From contig OZ244070.1 in assembly GCA_965215605.1 (NCBI GenBank), positions 3,424,001 through 3,488,000 of the forward strand: 64,000 nucleotides of DNA, written 5' to 3'. The position numbers were made by a program, and so were the translations under genes. Positions 49,172-59,231 of the stretch are shown here, one piece after another; position 1 is the stretch's first letter; the number at the start of each line of letters is the position of its first letter. The stretch comes from an uncultured Candidatus Binatia bacterium. Its GTDB lineage: Bacteria > Desulfobacterota > Binatia > UBA9968 > JAJDTQ01. The notes below the pieces were generated by a model, which did no database searches, was not told where the DNA came from, and saw only the letters and a program-made list of their open reading frames with translations.

Positions 49172-50737
49172 ATGACCGCGTACGCCACCATACAGGAGAT
49201 GTTGTCGCACCAGGTCGTGGAGCGGCCGGATCGTCCTTGCCTGGTCCACAACGACCGGCGTTGGAGCTACGCCGAGTTCGCCGAGGAGGCGGAACGGGTG
49301 GCCCGTGCCTTCGCCGCCCATGGCCTTCGGCGCGGCGAGAGGGTGGCGCTTCTGCTCCCCAATTGTCCCGAGTTCCTCTGGGCCGTGTTTGCCATGGCTC
49401 GCACCGGCGCGGTGTTCGTTCCTCTCAACACCTCGCAGACGGCAAGCGAGCTTCGGTACCTGCTGGCCCACTCCGAGGCGCGTTTTCTGTTGACCACCAG
49501 CGCATTCGCGCCGGTGATCGAGGCCATCCGGAGCGACTGTCCCGACCTGGAGTGCGTGGTGGCGCTTGATTCCGAGGGCGGGAGAGGGAACATCGGGCGA
49601 AACGAGTTCCTGGCGTCAGGCGGCCCTGCGCGCGGGCTGGCGGCGGCCTCGCCCCAGGATCTCGCCTCCATCATCTATACGTCCGGCACCACCGACCGCC
49701 CGAAGGGCGTCATGCTGAAGCACTACGCTTTCGCTTTCGCCCCGAGCCACAGGGCCCGCGCGCTTGGATGGACCGGGGACGACCGGGTGTTGGTGGTGAT
49801 GCCGTTGTTCCACGTGAACGCGCTGTGCCACATGACCCTTGCGATGATGTCGGTGGGCGGCGTGGTTGTGCTCCAGGAACGGTTCAGCGCTTCCCGGTTC
49901 TGGGATGACGTCAGGAAGCACGGCATCACGACCTCCAGCATCATGCAGACCATCCCGAGGATCCTGCTGAACCTGCCACCGGATCCGGCGGACGCGGACA
50001 CGCCGTTGCGGCAGGTGATGGCGCTCCTGCCCCCGGACGTGCATCTGGAGTTCGAGCGGCGTTTCGGCGTCGCCGCGATTCCGTCCTACAGCCTTACCGA
50101 GGACCTGTTAAGCGTTCTCGGCCCGTTGCAAGAGTCCCGCCGGAAGCTAGGCAGTTGCGGCGTGGCCATCGCTCCGGAGGTGCACCGGCTGCGCATCCGC
50201 AACGAGGAAGGGGAGAGCTGCGCGCCCGGGGAGCTGGGGGAGATCGTCAAGCAGAGCCCGGCGGTGATGATGGGGTACTACAAGAACCCGGAGGCGACGG
50301 CCGCGGCGCTCCGGGACGGCTGGCTCCACACCGGCGACCTCGGCCACCTGGACGAGGACGGGTTCCTGTACTTTGTCGACCGCAAGAAGGACATGATCAA
50401 GCGCAGCGGAGAGAACATCGCCTCCGCCGAGGTGGAACGTGTCTTGACTTCCCATCCGCTGATTGCCGAGTGCGCGGTGGTGGCGGTCGCCGATCCCATC
50501 CGGCAGGAAGAGGTCAAGGCCTGCATCGTGCTCGGGTCCGGCGGCTCCCGGGAGACATTGCCGCCGGAACGACTATGGGAGTTTTGCGCGGAGCATCTGG
50601 CCCCGTTCAAGATCCCGCGTTACCTCGACTACCGGAAGGAGTTGCCGAAAACGCCCAGTTCCAAGGTGCAGAAGAACCTCCTCCGGGAAGAAGGTCTGGC
50701 CGCCGGCGTGGTGGATCGCCAGACCGCGGAACGGTGA
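49172..50737 (+). CDS. AMP-binding acyl-CoA ligase (CaiC-like)
   Basis: YTSGTTDRPKG, YSLTE, GWLHTGDLG, DRKKDMIKRSGENI, PKTPSSK. Confidence 0.92.
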   Translation: MTAYATIQEMLSHQVVERPDRPCLVHNDRRWSYAEFAEEAERVARAFAAHGLRRGERVALLLPNCPEFLWAVFAMARTGAVFVPLNTSQTASELRYLLAHSEARFLLTTSAFAPVIEAIRSDCPDLECVVALDSEGGRGNIGRNEFLASGGPARGLAAASPQDLASIIYTSGTTDRPKGVMLKHYAFAFAPSHRARALGWTGDDRVLVVMPLFHVNALCHMTLAMMSVGGVVVLQERFSASRFWDDVRKHGITTSSIMQTIPRILLNLPPDPADADTPLRQVMALLPPDVHLEFERRFGVAAIPSYSLTEDLLSVLGPLQESRRKLGSCGVAIAPEVHRLRIRNEEGESCAPGELGEIVKQSPAVMMGYYKNPEATAAALRDGWLHTGDLGHLDEDGFLYFVDRKKDMIKRSGENIASAEVERVLTSHPLIAECAVVAVADPIRQEEVKACIVLGSGGSRETLPPERLWEFCAEHLAPFKIPRYLDYRKELPKTPSSKVQKNLLREEGLAAGVVDRQTAER

Positions 50738-50824
50738 CCGCCAGGACCGAAACGGGAAGGGGGCCATTGGCGCGCCTTGACAATGAAGCGGGCAACGGAT
50801 GATGATGGCCGAGTCCGAGGCAAC

Positions 50825-50860
50825 GGTGCCGTAACCACTCCTGGCGCCGTAACCATTCCG
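50825..50860 (+). repeat. 18-bp imperfect direct repeat in the leader of the ThDP enzyme gene
   Basis: GGTGCCGTAACCACTCCT / GGCGCCGTAACCATTCCG. Confidence 0.6.
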
Positions 50861-50880
50861 ACAACAGAAAGGAACACACA

Positions 50881-52707
50881 GTGGCCAAACGCAACGACAG
50901 CACTGCGCAAAAACATCGACCCAAGAATCTCGGTAGCCCGAAAATGCGCTGGGGCAGCGACGTGGTGGCGGCGGTGACCCGCAAGCTGAATCTCAAGTAC
51001 ATCGCGCTGGTCCCGGGGGCGAGCTATCGCGGGTTCCACGACAGTCTGGTGAACTACCTGGGGAACGAGAATCCGCAGATGGTCACCTGTCTGCACGAGG
51101 AGCACTCGGTCTCCATCGCCGACGGCTACGCCAAGGCCACGGATGAGCCCATGGCGGTGGCGCTCCACTCCAACGTGGGGCTGATGCACGCCACCATGAC
51201 CATTTTCAACGCTTGGTGCGACCGGACGCCCATGGTGATATTCGGCGCCACCGGCCCGGTGGACGCCCACAAGCGGCGCCCGTGGATCGACTGGATCCAC
51301 ACCGCCGCCGACCAGGGCGCGATCATCCGGAACTACACCAAGTGGGACGACCAGCCGGCCTCGCCGCAGGCGGCGGTGGAATCCGTGTTGCGGGCCAACC
51401 AGATGGCTCGCACCGCCCCCTGCGGCCCGACCTACGTCTGTCTCGATGTGGGTCTTCAGGAGCAGCCGCTCACCGAGGAGGTGCTGATCCCTGACGCGGC
51501 CCGGTATGCTCCGGCGGACCCGCCGTGCGCGCCGGCGGCTACGGTGAAGCGGGCCCGGGCGCTGCTCAAGAAGGCCAAGTTCCCGGTCATCCTCATGGGA
51601 CGCGTGTCTCGGAACAAGGCGGACTGGGACCGCCGGGTTCAGTTGGCGGAAGCCCTCAACGCGCCGGTCCTGACCAGCTCCAACGATCCGTCGTCCTTCC
51701 CCACCACGCACGCGTTGCACCTGGCCCCGCCGGGACTGCGGCCGGCCAAGCAGGCGACGGCGCTGGTCAACAAGGCCGACGTCATCCTGAGCCTCGACTT
51801 TCTGGACCTGGCAGGCTATCTCCGGGGCTGCCTGGGAGCGTCACAGACCCAGGCGCCGCCCGACAAGACCATCATCCATTGTTCCATGGACACCTACCGT
51901 ACCAACGGCTGGAGCATGGATCACCAAGCCCTCCCGGCGGTGGACATTCCGGTGGCGTCGACCCCGGATACTTTCGTGGAACAGCTTCTGGACGGCTTCG
52001 GCCGCAAACGCCCGGCGGCGGCGGGTTTGAAGAACATCACCCATTGGACCCGCACGCCCACCGGCAAGGCCCGGCCCAGGCAGGGCGTCCCCATGACGGT
52101 CATGGACATGGCGCTCACCGTGCGCGAGTTCGCCCGTGACAAGCCCGTGACGTTCGCGCGTTTGCCCATCGGCTGGTCCGGCGAAGGCTCGGAGTTCACC
52201 GGTCCGCTGTCCTTCATGGGCAATGACGGCGGCGGCGGCGTGGGCAGCGGTCCCGGCCACGCGGTGGGCGCGGCGCTGGCGCTCAAGGGCAAGGGCCGGC
52301 TGGTGATAGGGGTGCTGGGCGACGGCGACTACCTGATGGGCTGCAACGCTCTGTGGACCGCCACGCACATGGACCTGCCTCTGCTCGTGGTCATCGCCGA
52401 CAACCGTTCCTACTACAACGACGAGATGCACCAGGAGCGGGTGGCGGTGATGCGCAAGCGGCCGGTGCAGAACCGCTGGATCGGTCAGCGGCTCGATGAC
52501 CCGCCGGTGGACCTCGTTGCCATGGGCAAGGCGCAAGGGTTCGACGGCGAGGCCCCCGTTGCCACGTCCGAGGAACTGGCCGCCGCATTGGAACGCGGCG
52601 CAAAGGTGGTGGGCAAGGGCGGCCGCTACGTCATCAATGCGCTGGTGGAGCCTGGTTACGCAGAGACCGGCGTGGATCAGCGGGCGGCGATGGACAAGAA
52701 GAAGTAG
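50881..52707 (+). CDS. thiamine diphosphate-binding protein
   Basis: PGASYRGFHDS, LHEEHSVSIADGY, GDGDYLMG..DN; GTG start with AAGGA SD. Confidence 0.92.
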   Translation: MAKRNDSTAQKHRPKNLGSPKMRWGSDVVAAVTRKLNLKYIALVPGASYRGFHDSLVNYLGNENPQMVTCLHEEHSVSIADGYAKATDEPMAVALHSNVGLMHATMTIFNAWCDRTPMVIFGATGPVDAHKRRPWIDWIHTAADQGAIIRNYTKWDDQPASPQAAVESVLRANQMARTAPCGPTYVCLDVGLQEQPLTEEVLIPDAARYAPADPPCAPAATVKRARALLKKAKFPVILMGRVSRNKADWDRRVQLAEALNAPVLTSSNDPSSFPTTHALHLAPPGLRPAKQATALVNKADVILSLDFLDLAGYLRGCLGASQTQAPPDKTIIHCSMDTYRTNGWSMDHQALPAVDIPVASTPDTFVEQLLDGFGRKRPAAAGLKNITHWTRTPTGKARPRQGVPMTVMDMALTVREFARDKPVTFARLPIGWSGEGSEFTGPLSFMGNDGGGGVGSGPGHAVGAALALKGKGRLVIGVLGDGDYLMGCNALWTATHMDLPLLVVIADNRSYYNDEMHQERVAVMRKRPVQNRWIGQRLDDPPVDLVAMGKAQGFDGEAPVATSEELAAALERGAKVVGKGGRYVINALVEPGYAETGVDQRAAMDKKK

Positions 52708-52714
52708 CTCTGGA

Positions 52715-52759
52715 TGGCGTCCTTGGACTTCGTTTGCGAAGCGAAGTCCAGGGATGCCA
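52715..52759. terminator. long hairpin between convergent genes
   Basis: TGGCGTCCTTGGACTTCGTTT-GCG-AAGCGAAGTCCAGGGATGCCA, about 21-bp stem with GU pairs. Confidence 0.6.
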
Positions 52760-52773
52760 AATCCGACAGGCCC

Positions 52774-53358
52774 CTAAACGTCGAAGAAGACCGTTTCGCT
52801 TGCTCCCTGAAGGTGGATGTCGAACTCGTAGACCGGCGGCATCCCTTCACCTTCCCGCATGACGGCTACGAGCGTGTCGCGCCGGCCGGCATCCTTGACG
52901 GATTGCAAGACCGGGTCCTTCTCGTTGGCCGCGGCCTCGTCCGCGAAATAGATCCGCGTCACCAAGTGCTTCAACAGCCCCCGGGCGAACACCGACAGGG
53001 AGATATGCGGTGCCTGGACGCTTTCGCCGGGTCCGGGCACGCAACCGGGCTTCACCGTGACGATGGTGAAGCGGCCCCCGCCGTCGGTGATGGCGCGGCC
53101 GAAGCCGTCGAACCCCGCCACCAGAGGCATCTCCCGGGTGTCCTCGGCATGGGCGTAACGGCCGTGGACATTGGCCTGCCACAGCTCAACGACGCTGTCA
53201 TCCACCGGCTCTCCCGCGCCGTCGAGGATCCGTCCCTCGATGCGGATGGCGTGGGGGTTGTCCGGCGGCACCAGCTCGGCGCCGCCTTCCCACGGCACCA
53301 TGATGCGGTGGAACGGCCCGATGGTCTGGGAGGGTGTGGTTCCGCGCCGCGCCGCCAT
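52774..53358 (-). CDS. pcaG: protocatechuate 3,4-dioxygenase alpha subunit
   Basis: TPSQTIGPF, ELWQAN, QAPHI, RGLL, ETVFFDV. Confidence 0.93.
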   Translation of the reverse strand: MAARRGTTPSQTIGPFHRIMVPWEGGAELVPPDNPHAIRIEGRILDGAGEPVDDSVVELWQANVHGRYAHAEDTREMPLVAGFDGFGRAITDGGGRFTIVTVKPGCVPGPGESVQAPHISLSVFARGLLKHLVTRIYFADEAAANEKDPVLQSVKDAGRRDTLVAVMREGEGMPPVYEFDIHLQGASETVFFDV

Positions 53359-53362
53359 TCCT

Positions 53363-54067
53363 TCAAGCCTCCATGGGAGTGGCGTCCCGCCCGCGCAGGA
53401 CGATATCGAACTCATACGCCAGGGCCCACTCCGGTTCGGTGTGGTCCAGGTCCAGCCTGCACACCAGCCGGTCTCTCGCTCCTGCGTCGGGAACGGAGTT
53501 GAAGATCGCGTCGCAGGCGAGCAGCGGATCGCCCGGAAAGTACATCTGCGTGATCAGCCGCGTGGCGAAAGCGCTGCCGAAGAGCGAGAAGTGGATGTGC
53601 GCCGGCCGCCATGCGTTGGCGTCGTTGCCCCAGGGATAGGGGGCCGGCTTGATGGTGACGAAACGGTAGCGGCCGTCCGCATCGGTCACGCAACGGCCGC
53701 CGCCGCTGAAGTTGGGGTCGAGCGGGGCAGAGTGGTCGTCGATCTCGTGCCGGTACCGCCCGGCCGAGTTGGCCTGCCAGATCTCCATGAGCGCGTCCGG
53801 CACCGGCCTGCCGTCAGTGTCCGTCACTCGACCGAGGACGATGATTCGCTCTCCCAGCGGTTCCCCGTCATGCTGGCGGGTGAGATCGTGGTCCAGGGGT
53901 CCCACCTTCTCGTGACCGTACACGGGGCCGGTGATCTCCGACAGCGTGTGCGACAGCGGCACCAACGGCCGCTTGGGCGCCCTCAGCGCCGTGGAGCGGT
54001 ATCCCGGATGGAGGTAGGGCGGCTGGTCCGTGGCTTCGTCGCGTTTGAATCCGGTGAGTTGGGCCAT
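53363..54067 (-). CDS. pcaH: protocatechuate 3,4-dioxygenase beta subunit
   Basis: YRSTALRAP, GERIIV, WQANSAGRY, YPW, WRPAHIHFS. Confidence 0.95.
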   Translation of the reverse strand: MAQLTGFKRDEATDQPPYLHPGYRSTALRAPKRPLVPLSHTLSEITGPVYGHEKVGPLDHDLTRQHDGEPLGERIIVLGRVTDTDGRPVPDALMEIWQANSAGRYRHEIDDHSAPLDPNFSGGGRCVTDADGRYRFVTIKPAPYPWGNDANAWRPAHIHFSLFGSAFATRLITQMYFPGDPLLACDAIFNSVPDAGARDRLVCRLDLDHTEPEWALAYEFDIVLRGRDATPMEA

Positions 54068-54238
54068 GTTCCGGTGGTCCTTTCTTCATGGAGAATCGCG
54101 CTTGAGGCATCGAGTCCGTACTGGGGTACATGCTGCCTGGGAGTCGCCATGTCAAGGTGTCTCCCTCCGCGGCCCGTGACCGGAGGCGAGCCGGGCGGTC
54201 TGGTGTCCTGTCCCACGTAATACCTCAAATCTGGTGGT

Positions 54239-55390
54239 CTAGCTCGTGTGTCGAGGCTTGTAGAGCAGCGCCACCCCGGCGCCCAGGAACGTGAACAGCC
54301 CGACTCCGACGAAACCCAGGTGGAAGGCGCCCAGGTCGCCGGCCAGGCCCAGAAGCCATGGGGTCATCCCGCCGCCGATGACGAATGCCACGGGCACCAC
54401 GAGGGACACGGCCGTGCCGCGGGTCTGTGCGTCGCCCAGGGTCGAGAGGGCGGTGAAGCCCGCGGGAAAGAAGCCCACCGCCACCGACGGCTGGATGAAA
54501 ACCGCTGCCGCCAGCCAGGGATCCGGCACGAGCCCCAGCAACGCCGTGGTGATGCCGCTCAGGGCCAGGGTCACCGACAGGGTGCGGCGGACGCCGAAGC
54601 GGTCCGCGGCCCAGCCCGCCGCCAGGGCCAGCAACGGACAGGCGCCACGGGAAAGCCCCACCAGGGTGTTGGCCCAACCCTCCCCGAGACCGCGGTCCGA
54701 GACCAGGTAGAGCGGCAGCATGGTGAAGACGGCCAGCGTGATGGCGACGCCCATGATGAACATCAGCAGAACGATCCACAGCATGGGGTCCTTGAGGAAC
54801 CGCCAGATGACGGCCAAGGCGGGCGGCTCGCCGGGAAACTTGCCGCCGCGGCCGAGGACGGCGTAAAGCCCGCCGGCCAGGAAGGTGACGACCCCGAAAC
54901 GGAAGAGGATGGAACGCCACGACAGGCTTCGCAGCAGAAGCTCTGCCAGCAACGGTACGGCGACGAAGCTCGTGTTGGGCGCCAGCTCGTGGATAGAGAT
55001 GGCTTTGCCCCAGTGGGGGCGGGTGACCAGGGAGGTGATGGTGGCGATGGCCGACGGCAGGTAGAGCCCCGCTCCCAGGCCCATGGTGAAGAGCCCGAGG
55101 CGCATGCTCGACAGGGAAGACGCTCCGGCCACCGCCATGGTCGACAGGCCCAGCAGGCCGAAGGACAGCACGATGGTGCGGTGGTGCGTCAACCGGGCCG
55201 ATGCGTACCCCGCCCCGGACATGGCGGTGAGGTACCCCGCGGAGATGAACAGGAAGAACATGCCGGCCTGGGCGTGGGTGATGTCCAGGTCCGTCTCCAC
55301 GATGGGCAACAAGGGCGCCAGGATGACGCGCCCGGTGAAGTTCAGCAGGAAGATCACCGCCATCAGCAGCACGGCGGGGGCCTGCTGCAT
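54239..55390 (-). CDS. MFS transporter
   Basis: about 12 hydrophobic segments, AGWAADRFGVRR motif A-like. Confidence 0.88.
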   Translation of the reverse strand: MQQAPAVLLMAVIFLLNFTGRVILAPLLPIVETDLDITHAQAGMFFLFISAGYLTAMSGAGYASARLTHHRTIVLSFGLLGLSTMAVAGASSLSSMRLGLFTMGLGAGLYLPSAIATITSLVTRPHWGKAISIHELAPNTSFVAVPLLAELLLRSLSWRSILFRFGVVTFLAGGLYAVLGRGGKFPGEPPALAVIWRFLKDPMLWIVLLMFIMGVAITLAVFTMLPLYLVSDRGLGEGWANTLVGLSRGACPLLALAAGWAADRFGVRRTLSVTLALSGITTALLGLVPDPWLAAAVFIQPSVAVGFFPAGFTALSTLGDAQTRGTAVSLVVPVAFVIGGGMTPWLLGLAGDLGAFHLGFVGVGLFTFLGAGVALLYKPRHTS

Positions 55391-55643
55391 GAAGCCGGCG
55401 TCGTTGGAGGTGCGCGGGAAGTCTATTGCCTGATCCTCGTTCGACTACCTGCCGGACGACGGTTCCCAGCAGGCGAAGCCCATGCCGCACCCCGTGCCGG
55501 CGGCGGTGCGGTATCCGGGGACGTAGTCCACCAGGGTCATCTCCATGGGCTCGGCGGCGCCGGAACGATCTCTGCCATGGCGCCTTTGTACCAGATGTGA
55601 GACGCCAAGGCATCATTGTCGATCGGATCCGGCCGGGCCGCCC

Positions 55644-55671
55644 CTGGATTCCCGCTTTCTCCGGTATGACG
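55644..55671. repeat. REP-like half element related to 15484-15575
   Basis: CTGGATTCCCGCTTTCTCCGGTATGACG. Confidence 0.55.
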
Positions 55672-55744
55672 GAAGAGGGTATGCGGGGATGGCGGAAACG
55701 GAGCACCGGACTGTTGAATGGACCTGATCGATCCCGGCTTCGGG

Positions 55745-55774
55745 TTGACACTCCGAAAGATCCTTGGATAAAGT
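55745..55774 (+). promoter_or_regulatory. putative sigma70 promoter of the tctC array
   Basis: TTGACA, 18 nt, TAAAGT. Confidence 0.5.
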
Positions 55775-55812
55775 CTCCCGGTGCGAGATTTCAACCCTAC
55801 CAGGAGGTACCG

Positions 55813-56841
55813 ATGAGACTATTCATGGCCATGACCGCCTTGCTTCTGGCTGTCATGATTTCCGGCCCGCTTTATGGAGCGGATGATTTCTACAAGGGCA
55901 AGAGAGTGCGCTTGATCGTTTCCTCAAGCCCCGGAGGGGGCAACGACACCTATTCGCGCCTCATTGCGCGGCATATCACCAGGCATATTCCGGGCAACCC
56001 CTCGTTCGTCGTGCAGAACATGCCCGGCGCCGGCGGCATCATGGCCGCGGACTACCTCTACCGGAAGGCCAAGCGGGACGGCACGGTGTTGGAGCAGATC
56101 AACTGGGGCGTGTGGTTCCACCAGGTCATCGGGTCCAAGCGCGCGCGATTCGACTTCAACAAGATGAACGCCGTCGGCGTCGCCGCCATCGAGAGCGCCA
56201 TCCTGTTCACCCGCAAGTCCGAGTTTCCCGATTGGAAGTCGGTGCTGGCTTCCAAGAAGCTCATCACCAGCGGAAACAGCGGACGACAATCCCTGGGCTA
56301 CACCATGGGCAAGGTGATGGAAGTGTTGTCAGGGAAGAAGGTCTTCGACTACGTCTTCGGCTACCCCGGCGCGCGGCAGTACAGTCTCGCGTTTCGCCAG
56401 GGCGAGGTCCAGTCGTCCGGAAACACCCCGGGCTCGTTCGCCGATCAGCTCGGCGACATGTGGGACGAAGGCAAGGTTGCCATGCTGGCGCAGGCGCCGA
56501 CGCCCGAAGGCGGCAGGACCAAGGAATTCCCGGATACGCCCACGTTGTTGGAATACGCCAAGACCGATGCTCACCGTGAGTTGATAAAGGTCACCTTCGA
56601 TCTCACTCACTACGGCCGCCCGTACGCGCTTCCTCCTGGTGTGCCCAAGGACCGCGTCAAGATCATGCGGGATGCCTTTACGGCTACGATGAAGGACCCG
56701 AAGTTCCTGTCGGAGGCCAAGAGGATCAAGCGTGTCATCATTCCGTCCACGGGCGCGCAACTCCAGCAACTCTGGAAGAATGTCCTCAACGCGTCCCCCG
56801 AGAACCTGGCTATCTTCAAGGAGATATTCGGTGAATCGTAG
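55813..56841 (+). CDS. tripartite tricarboxylate transporter substrate-binding protein (Bug/TctC), paralog 1
   Basis: signal peptide, SPGGGND..R, VQNMPGAGG, PPGVPKDRV, DPKF; SD AGGAGG. Confidence 0.92.
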   Translation: MRLFMAMTALLLAVMISGPLYGADDFYKGKRVRLIVSSSPGGGNDTYSRLIARHITRHIPGNPSFVVQNMPGAGGIMAADYLYRKAKRDGTVLEQINWGVWFHQVIGSKRARFDFNKMNAVGVAAIESAILFTRKSEFPDWKSVLASKKLITSGNSGRQSLGYTMGKVMEVLSGKKVFDYVFGYPGARQYSLAFRQGEVQSSGNTPGSFADQLGDMWDEGKVAMLAQAPTPEGGRTKEFPDTPTLLEYAKTDAHRELIKVTFDLTHYGRPYALPPGVPKDRVKIMRDAFTATMKDPKFLSEAKRIKRVIIPSTGAQLQQLWKNVLNASPENLAIFKEIFGES

Positions 56842-56893
56842 TGCCGGATCGGGCGCAACGAGGAACATCGGCAAAAGAAACCAGGAGGTAAGG

Positions 56894-57934
56894 ATGCAGG
56901 CTGTATTGGGTGTTGTGATGCTCGTGCTGTTCCTGTTCGGAGCAGGCTCGGCAGGGGCGGCGGACTTCTACGAGGGCAAGAAGATCCGGCTGATCGTTTC
57001 GTCATCGCCCGGCGGCGGCAACGACACGTACTCGCGGTTGCTGGCGCGCCATATCGGGAGGCATATTCCCGGAAATCCGACGATCATCGTTCAGAACATG
57101 CCGGGAGCCGGCGGCGTCCGGGCGGCCAGCTACATCTACAACAAGGCGAGGCGCGACGGCACCGTCATGGAGCAGATCAACTGGGGCGTGTGGAACTGGC
57201 AGGTGGTGGGTGACAAGGCTCGTGGCAGCCAGTTCGACTTCAACAAGATGCAGGCCATCGGCGTGATCGTCATCGAGAACGGCCTGCTCTACAGCCGCAA
57301 GGACCGTTTCACCACGCTGGATGAAATCAAGAAGTCGGGCAAGCAGGCCCGGGTCGGCATCAGCGGCAACCAGTCCAGCGGGTTCGTGCTCGGGAACATC
57401 GTCGAGAAGCTGCGCGGCGAAAAGTTGTTCGAGTACGTCTTCGGCTATCCCGGCGCGCGCCAGTACAGCCTCGCGTTCCGTCAGGGTGAGGTGGACGTTT
57501 CCGGCAACGTGACCTCGTCGTTCCTCGACCAGCTCGGGGACATGTGGAAGGCGGGGGACATCACCATGCTCGCCCAGACCGGCACGGTGGAGGGCAAGAA
57601 GAGTCCGGAGTTCCCCGACGCGCCGTTGCTCGAGGACATGGCCAAGACCGAGAAGCAGAAGAATCTGGTGCGGGCTACCTTCCTGCTCTCGCGCTACGGA
57701 CGTCCGTACGCCATGCCCCCGGGAGTTCCCGCGGACCGCGTGGCGCTCGTGCGCAAGGCCTTCGATGACACCATGAAGGACCCGAAGTTCCTGGCCGAGG
57801 CCAAGAAGCTGAAGAGGCCCGTGAGGCCGACGAGCGGTCCGGCCCTTCAGAAGATGTGGAAGGATTCGCTTGGCGCCTCACCGGAAGACAAGGCCATCGT
57901 CAAGCAGATCTTCAACCCCCCGGGCAAGAAGTAG
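56894..57934 (+). CDS. Bug/TctC substrate-binding protein, paralog 2
   Basis: same motifs as paralog 1; SD AGGAGG. Confidence 0.92.
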   Translation: MQAVLGVVMLVLFLFGAGSAGAADFYEGKKIRLIVSSSPGGGNDTYSRLLARHIGRHIPGNPTIIVQNMPGAGGVRAASYIYNKARRDGTVMEQINWGVWNWQVVGDKARGSQFDFNKMQAIGVIVIENGLLYSRKDRFTTLDEIKKSGKQARVGISGNQSSGFVLGNIVEKLRGEKLFEYVFGYPGARQYSLAFRQGEVDVSGNVTSSFLDQLGDMWKAGDITMLAQTGTVEGKKSPEFPDAPLLEDMAKTEKQKNLVRATFLLSRYGRPYAMPPGVPADRVALVRKAFDDTMKDPKFLAEAKKLKRPVRPTSGPALQKMWKDSLGASPEDKAIVKQIFNPPGKK

Positions 57935-57964
57935 CGCCTGCCCGGACTGCCGGGACGCTGTAAC

Positions 57965-58006
57965 AAGGGGCGCCGGGGACATCCAATCCCCGGCGCCCTT
58001 TGTTTT
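57965..58006 (+). terminator. intrinsic terminator
   Basis: AAGGGGCGCCGGGGA..TCCCCGGCGCCCTTTGTTTT. Confidence 0.8.
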
Positions 58007-58025
58007 GGAGTCCGTCTTGCCGGCA

Positions 58026-58056
58026 TTTCATCTTGCCTTTTCATCTTGCCTTTTCA
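58026..58056 (+). repeat. 13-bp tandem duplication upstream of tctC paralog 3
   Basis: TTTCATCTTGCCT TTTCATCTTGCCT TTTCA. Confidence 0.7.
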
Positions 58057-58121
58057 GGGTGCTTGATGCAGGATTCGTGCGTGACGAACCCTTCGAAGTT
58101 TTCTCAAGCTGGGAGGTAACC

Positions 58122-59162
58122 ATGCAGACTGTATTGACTCTCGTGATGCTCATGCTCTTCCTGTTCGGCGCCGGTTCGGCCGGGGCGGCGGACTTCTACG
58201 AGGGCAAGAAGATCCGGCTGATCGTTTCGTCCTCGCCCGGCGGCGGCAACGACACGTACTCGCGCCTGCTGGCTCGCCATATCGGCAGGAACATTCCCGG
58301 GAACCCGACGGTTATCGTGCAGAACATGCCGGGAGCGGGCGGCGTCCGGGCGGCCAGCTATCTCTACAACAAGGCCCGCCGGGACGGCACCGTCATGGAG
58401 CAGATCAACTGGGGGGTGTGGAACTGGCAGGTGGTGGGCGACAAGAAACGTGGCGGCCAGTTCGATTTCAACAAGATGAACGCCATCGGCGTCATCGTCA
58501 TCGAGAACGGCCTGTTCTACAGCCGGAAGGACCGGTTCAAATCGCTGGATGAGATCGAGAAGTCGGGCAAGCTGGCCCGGGTCGGCATCAGCGGCAATCA
58601 GTCGGGCGGGTTCGTGATGGGGAACATCCTCGAGAAGCTGCGCGGCAAGAAGCTCTTCGAGTACGTATTCGGCTATCCGGGCGCGCGCCAGTACAGCCTG
58701 GCGCTGCGGCAAGGCGAGGTGGACACCTCCGGCAACGTCACCTCGTCGTTCCTGGACCAGCTCGGCGACATGTGGAAGGCCGGGGATCTCGTCATGCTCG
58801 CTCAGACCGGCACGGTGGAAGGAAAGAAGGCTCCCGAGTTCCCCGACGCTCCCTTGCTCGAGGAAATGGCGAAGACCGAGAAGCAGAAGAATCTCGTGCG
58901 GGCCACCTTCCTGCTGTCGCGCTACGGGCGTCCCTACACCATGCCGCCGGGAGTGCCGGCGGACCGCGTCGCACTCGTGCGCAAGGCCTTCGACGCGACC
59001 ATGAAGGACCCGAAGTTCCTGGCCGAAGCCAAGAAGCTCAAGCGGCCCGTCAACCCCACGACCGGTCCGGACCTTCAGAGGATGTGGAAGGATTCGATAG
59101 CCGCCTCGCCGGAAGACAAGGCCATCGTGGCGCAGATTTTCAACCCCAAGGGCGGGAAGTAG
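58122..59162 (+). CDS. Bug/TctC substrate-binding protein, paralog 3
   Basis: long stretches identical to paralog 2; SD GGAGG. Confidence 0.92.
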   Translation: MQTVLTLVMLMLFLFGAGSAGAADFYEGKKIRLIVSSSPGGGNDTYSRLLARHIGRNIPGNPTVIVQNMPGAGGVRAASYLYNKARRDGTVMEQINWGVWNWQVVGDKKRGGQFDFNKMNAIGVIVIENGLFYSRKDRFKSLDEIEKSGKLARVGISGNQSGGFVMGNILEKLRGKKLFEYVFGYPGARQYSLALRQGEVDTSGNVTSSFLDQLGDMWKAGDLVMLAQTGTVEGKKAPEFPDAPLLEEMAKTEKQKNLVRATFLLSRYGRPYTMPPGVPADRVALVRKAFDATMKDPKFLAEAKKLKRPVNPTTGPDLQRMWKDSIAASPEDKAIVAQIFNPKGGK

Positions 59163-59192
59163 CACCCGCTCGCACCGCAGGATGCCGAAACG

Positions 59193-59231
59193 AAGGGCGC
59201 CGGGGACACAAGCCCCGGCGCCCTTTCTGTT
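59193..59231 (+). terminator. intrinsic terminator homologous to 57965-58006
   Basis: AAGGGCGCCGGGG..CCCCGGCGCCCTTTCTGT. Confidence 0.8.

Noticed and set aside
55445-55600. Small minus-strand frame MEMTLVDYVPGYRTAAGTGCGMGFACW upstream of the MFS gene
   Set aside because: No clear SD or recognisable family; could be chance or a degraded fragment.
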